A stretch of 64,000 bases of DNA from Dehalococcoidia bacterium (GTDB taxonomy: Bacteria; Chloroflexota; Dehalococcoidia; Lucifugimonadales; Australimonadaceae): positions 1,601,339-1,665,338 of the forward strand of contig OZ251500.1 of NCBI GenBank assembly GCA_965242755.1. The letters are read 5' to 3'. How positions within the stretch are numbered: position 1 is the first letter of the stretch; each line of letters opens with the position of its first letter. Below the pieces are notes generated by a model that saw nothing but the letters and a program-made list of their open reading frames with translations, was not told where the DNA came from and made no database searches. Of the stretch, positions 60,745 through 64,000 are shown in pieces. The translations under genes were made by a program, and so were the position numbers.

Positions 60745-62700
60745 ATGCCGACTGAAACGTCATCGCTCGCCTCGCGGGTCGCTGGACGCCTTCGGCTCGA
60801 GCGCTTCCTCATCTTCATTTGCTTCGCCGCTCTTCTGGGCTTCGCGCTTACGCTTGCGCGGCAAGCGGCGCACGGCGTCGGTTTGCAACACGATTCGGTC
60901 AATTACATCATCGTGGCGCGGAACTTGCTCGAGGGGGAAGGCTTCACTGAGCTTTACGGCAGGCCGTACACCTTCTGGGCTCCGCTCTACCCAATGGCGC
61001 TTGCAGGGACGGGACTGTTCGGAGCGGACCCGCAGGACGCCGCCGGTCCGCTCAACGCGGCGCTGTTCGGGCTCACCGTCGCCGCGGCGGGGATTTGGCT
61101 GAAGAATCGTCTAGCGTCGCGGCTTCTCGCGGCATGGGGCATTTTGGCGATTGCGTGCGCGCTTCCGCTATTGTGGGCCGCGTCTTACGCACTGGCGACG
61201 CCGATGTTGATTCTGTTCACGACGCTGGCATTAATCAGCGCCGACGGCTACCTTCGCAACGGCAAGTTCTCTACGCTGGCTCAGGCCGCGCTATGGTCGG
61301 GCCTTGCGGCGGTTAGCCATTATATGGGGGGAGCGGTTATCGTCTGCGTAACGCTGTTCTTGATCTTTCAGAGGAACGCCGTTCCGATGGAGCGGGCGGC
61401 GCGAGTCGCTGCTTACGGCGCAATTGCTTGTCTTCCCATAGGTCTCTGGATGGGGTATAACTTCCTGCGAATTGGCGACGCGACGGGCAGCAAGTTCCTT
61501 GTTGATTACTCGCTGTTCGACTTAGTGAGCGACATGATCGCGCTCATCACGATGTGGGTTTTCATCAACTTGTTCGTCGATAGCCGGTACGGAGAATTTG
61601 CCCAGTGGCCCATTGCCGCCGTTGCAATCGGCGCGTGCCTTTTCGCCGCCGCGGCCGCCTTCGCGCTGATTTTGTTCAAGACGGCGCGGACTCCTGCTGG
61701 ATGGGCGGAATGGCGGCTTTTCGCCTCCTATGGCGTTGTCTACGCTAGTTGCTACCTCTTCGCCGCGATGTTGGGGTACACTTGGCACGGGGTGCAGGAA
61801 CGCCATATCATGCCGCTCTATCTCCCGTTGTTCATTGCTATGATCATTGCGCTAGACCGGCTTCTTCCGCGCATGATTAACCGGGGAGGAAGATGGCGAA
61901 CTTCCGCCGTTTTCCTGGGGGCGTCGCTATGCTGCTGGCTTGCGCTCGCTGTGGCTCTTCAGCCGCTGGCGATACGCGAAGCGAGCGCTCACGGCGTCGG
62001 AGCGTACGGTTCCCCGTATCTACGCAATTCAGAACTCATCCGCCATGTTCAGCGCAATCTCGATGGAACGTATGTGCATACAAACAACCATTTCGGCGTG
62101 TACGCCGTCACCAGGGGTTCGATACTCCCTTTCTGGGCGCCAAAGGAATGGAAAGAATTTGAGCAATGGATTCAGACTGTTCGAAACGGCGATTCCATCG
62201 CGTGGTTTCATAGGTTGCCCGGCGACTACACTGCCGCCGACCTTCGCGGGCACCAGGGAGTTGAAATCGTTTTCGAAGCGCACGACGGAACTCTGTTCAG
62301 AGTCAACAGAGTCTACGACCCGCGTCCGGCTTACAACGCCGCCTATGAATCCGTCGGCGCGACCCCGCCTGTCGCCCGCTCGGTCTTCGATCTCCATCTC
62401 GACGGACGAACGCTCTTCTACGTCAAGTCGCTTTGCGACCGAGAGGAAACGGAATCGCGCTTCTTCCTTCATATCATTCCCGTCGACGTGAACGACTTGT
62501 CTGATGACCGCGAACGCTTGGGCTTCGACAACCTGGATTTCTCGTTTGAGGACTCCGGGGCGCGGTTCAACGGGACTTGCCTTATCGGCGTTGCTCTGCC
62601 CGGCTACCCTATCGACGAGGTCGCAACCGGTCAATTCGAAGGCGAGGAGCGGCTTTGGGAAGAGCGGTTTCTCTTCCCGCATTTATCACAGCACCCGTAG
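60745..62700 (+). CDS. GT-C-fold (ArnT-like) membrane protein, paralog 4, one C-terminal module
   Basis: 'DSVNYIIVARNLLEGEGF' is an ArnT-like first loop, followed by many TM helices. The C-terminal module is 'LFYVKSLCDREETESRFFLHIIPVDVNDLSDDRERLGFDNLDFSFEDSGARFNGTCLIGVALPGYPIDEVATGQF'. Confidence 0.7.
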   Translation: MPTETSSLASRVAGRLRLERFLIFICFAALLGFALTLARQAAHGVGLQHDSVNYIIVARNLLEGEGFTELYGRPYTFWAPLYPMALAGTGLFGADPQDAAGPLNAALFGLTVAAAGIWLKNRLASRLLAAWGILAIACALPLLWAASYALATPMLILFTTLALISADGYLRNGKFSTLAQAALWSGLAAVSHYMGGAVIVCVTLFLIFQRNAVPMERAARVAAYGAIACLPIGLWMGYNFLRIGDATGSKFLVDYSLFDLVSDMIALITMWVFINLFVDSRYGEFAQWPIAAVAIGACLFAAAAAFALILFKTARTPAGWAEWRLFASYGVVYASCYLFAAMLGYTWHGVQERHIMPLYLPLFIAMIIALDRLLPRMINRGGRWRTSAVFLGASLCCWLALAVALQPLAIREASAHGVGAYGSPYLRNSELIRHVQRNLDGTYVHTNNHFGVYAVTRGSILPFWAPKEWKEFEQWIQTVRNGDSIAWFHRLPGDYTAADLRGHQGVEIVFEAHDGTLFRVNRVYDPRPAYNAAYESVGATPPVARSVFDLHLDGRTLFYVKSLCDREETESRFFLHIIPVDVNDLSDDRERLGFDNLDFSFEDSGARFNGTCLIGVALPGYPIDEVATGQFEGEERLWEERFLFPHLSQHP

Positions 62701-62770
62701 GCTCCCGCTTTCGAGGACAGGGCGACGGGGTTATGCAAAGGTCTCCATCGGGAGAGGGCGGGGAGGGGGG
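62700..62770. repeat. REP/MITE-type repeat copy, inverted orientation
   Basis: 'GCTCCCGCTTTCGAGGACAGGGCGACGGGGTTATGCAAAGGTCTCC...GGGAGAGGGCGG'. Confidence 0.65.
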
Positions 62771-62772
62771 CG

Positions 62773-64000
62773 CTACGGGTAGGAGACGATGCCCTCGATG
62801 ACGTGGACGGGCTCGCGGTAGTGGACGACGCGCGGGTCTTCGACGGTTTGGGCGAGCGACGCGCCGGGCGGCACCATCGGGTAGACGTTCTCCTCAGGGG
62901 CGACGCGGAAGTCGAGGAGGTAGGGGCCGCGATGGGCGGCGGCGGCGGCGAGCGCGAAGCCAACGTCCTCTTTCTCGTCGACGCGCCTGCCGGGAATGCC
63001 GTAGGCGGCGGCGAGTTGCGCGTAGTCGGGGCCGCTCATCGAGACGGACTTGTAGTGATGGTCGTAGAACAACTCCTGCCACTGGCGCACCATGCCGAGG
63101 TAGCCGTTGTTCATAATGCAGATTTTGACGGGGAGGCGCTCTTGGGCGATGGTCGCGAGTTCCTGGAGCGTCATTTGGAAGCCGCCGTCGCCGCAGATTC
63201 CCCAGACGGTGGAGTTGGGGCGGGCGACCTGCGCGCCGATGAGCGCCGGCACCTCAAAGCCCATCACGCCGAGCCCGCCGGAGGACACGAAGGAGTTGGC
63301 GTTGGGCATAAAGAGGAATTGGGCGGCCCACATCTGATGCTGGCCGACGCCGGTGACGACGACGGGGGCGTCGTCGTGCTCGACGAGTTTGTTGAGTTCG
63401 CGCAGGACGTATTGGGGCGTCATCGAGTCGCTGTCGGGCACGTCGAGGCTGGGGTGCTCGAGTTCGAGGTCGCGCATGCGCTCGAGCCACGGCGTTCGCG
63501 CGTTGCGCTCGAGGAGGGGGAGGAGCGCTTCGAGGGCGGCTTTGACGTCGCCGACGAGCGCGACGTCGGCCTTCACGTTCTTGTTGATTTGGGAGGGCTC
63601 GATGTCGAGGTGGATGATGCGGGCGTTGGGGCCGAAGGTGCCGGGCCTGCCGATGACGCGGTCGTCGAAGCGCATGCCGACGCCGACGATGAGGTCGGAC
63701 TCGGTGGTCGCGGCGTTGCTCCAATACATGCCGTGCATGCCGATCATGCCGTAGCCGAGCCGGTGGTGGCGGGGGAAGGCGGATGCGCCGTGGAGCGTGT
63801 TGAGAGTTGGGGCGTTGGTTTTCTCCGCGACGTCGTAGAGGGCGCTCCATGCGCCGGAGATGTGGACGCCGTGCCCTGCGATGAGGAGGGGGCGCTGCGC
63901 TTCGTTGATGAGGCGGGCGGCTTCGCGGACGCTTTCGGGATCGGGCGCGGGGCGGGAGCCGCCGACGCTGCCGTCGGGCGTGAATTCGGAGGAGTACTCG
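62773..64000 (-). CDS. ilvB: Acetolactate synthase large subunit (biosynthetic AHAS), 5'-truncated by the window edge
   Basis: 'GMIGMHG', 'VVTGVGQHQMWAAQF', 'SGGLGVMGFEVPALIGAQVA' and 'GDGGFQMTLQELAT' (ThDP motif). I hand-translated 63748-63999 and the same frame stays open to the window end ('...RPLLIAGHGV...'). Confidence 0.9.
   Translation of the reverse strand, partial: EYSSEFTPDGSVGGSRPAPDPESVREAARLINEAQRPLLIAGHGVHISGAWSALYDVAEKTNAPTLNTLHGASAFPRHHRLGYGMIGMHGMYWSNAATTESDLIVGVGMRFDDRVIGRPGTFGPNARIIHLDIEPSQINKNVKADVALVGDVKAALEALLPLLERNARTPWLERMRDLELEHPSLDVPDSDSMTPQYVLRELNKLVEHDDAPVVVTGVGQHQMWAAQFLFMPNANSFVSSGGLGVMGFEVPALIGAQVARPNSTVWGICGDGGFQMTLQELATIAQERLPVKICIMNNGYLGMVRQWQELFYDHHYKSVSMSGPDYAQLAAAYGIPGRRVDEKEDVGFALAAAAAHRGPYLLDFRVAPEENVYPMVPPGASLAQTVEDPRVVHYREPVHVIEGIVSYP

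Overview
This is a high-GC (roughly two-thirds G+C by eye) bacterial chromosomal segment. Conserved housekeeping genes form the backbone: methylmalonyl-CoA mutase catalytic subunit, tRNA-Leu(CAA), hpt, carB, serS, lysS, greA, pyrG, glyA, ilvB, a ZnuABC-like metal transporter, a DrrAB-like ABC exporter and two MFS transporters. Many one- to three-gene accessory insertions sit between them, and most gene junctions carry a palindromic REP/MITE-like repeat family with core 'GTCATTCCCGCGTAGGCGGGAATCC'. The accessory content includes:
- Four DNA methyltransferases: two paralogous beta-class enzymes fused to different nuclease domains (HNH, Mrr-like) and two classical M+R pairs. One of those pairs is inserted inside the metal-transporter operon.
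- A SIR2-TPR protein with a sharp internal drop in GC.
- NYN, Smr, Uma2 and HEPN-motif proteins, and relics of hicAB and phd/yefM.
- An IS30 element inserted into a repeat, plus IS110 and IS481-like remnants.
- Four paralogous GT-C-fold membrane proteins that share an unnamed cysteine-containing C-terminal module, two of them near paralogous bicupins.

My best candidate for an undescribed system is a translationally coupled three-gene cassette at 5573-9050 (minus strand). It is led by a GHKL/Bergerat-fold ATPase followed by two proteins with no domain I can recognise. REP clusters bracket it and it lies next to tRNA-Leu. All domain calls rest on motifs read from the ORF translations, and no database search was possible. 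The taxon is unknown; a Chloroflexota-like, possibly host-associated organism is only a guess from the ankyrin and RCC1 repeat proteins.
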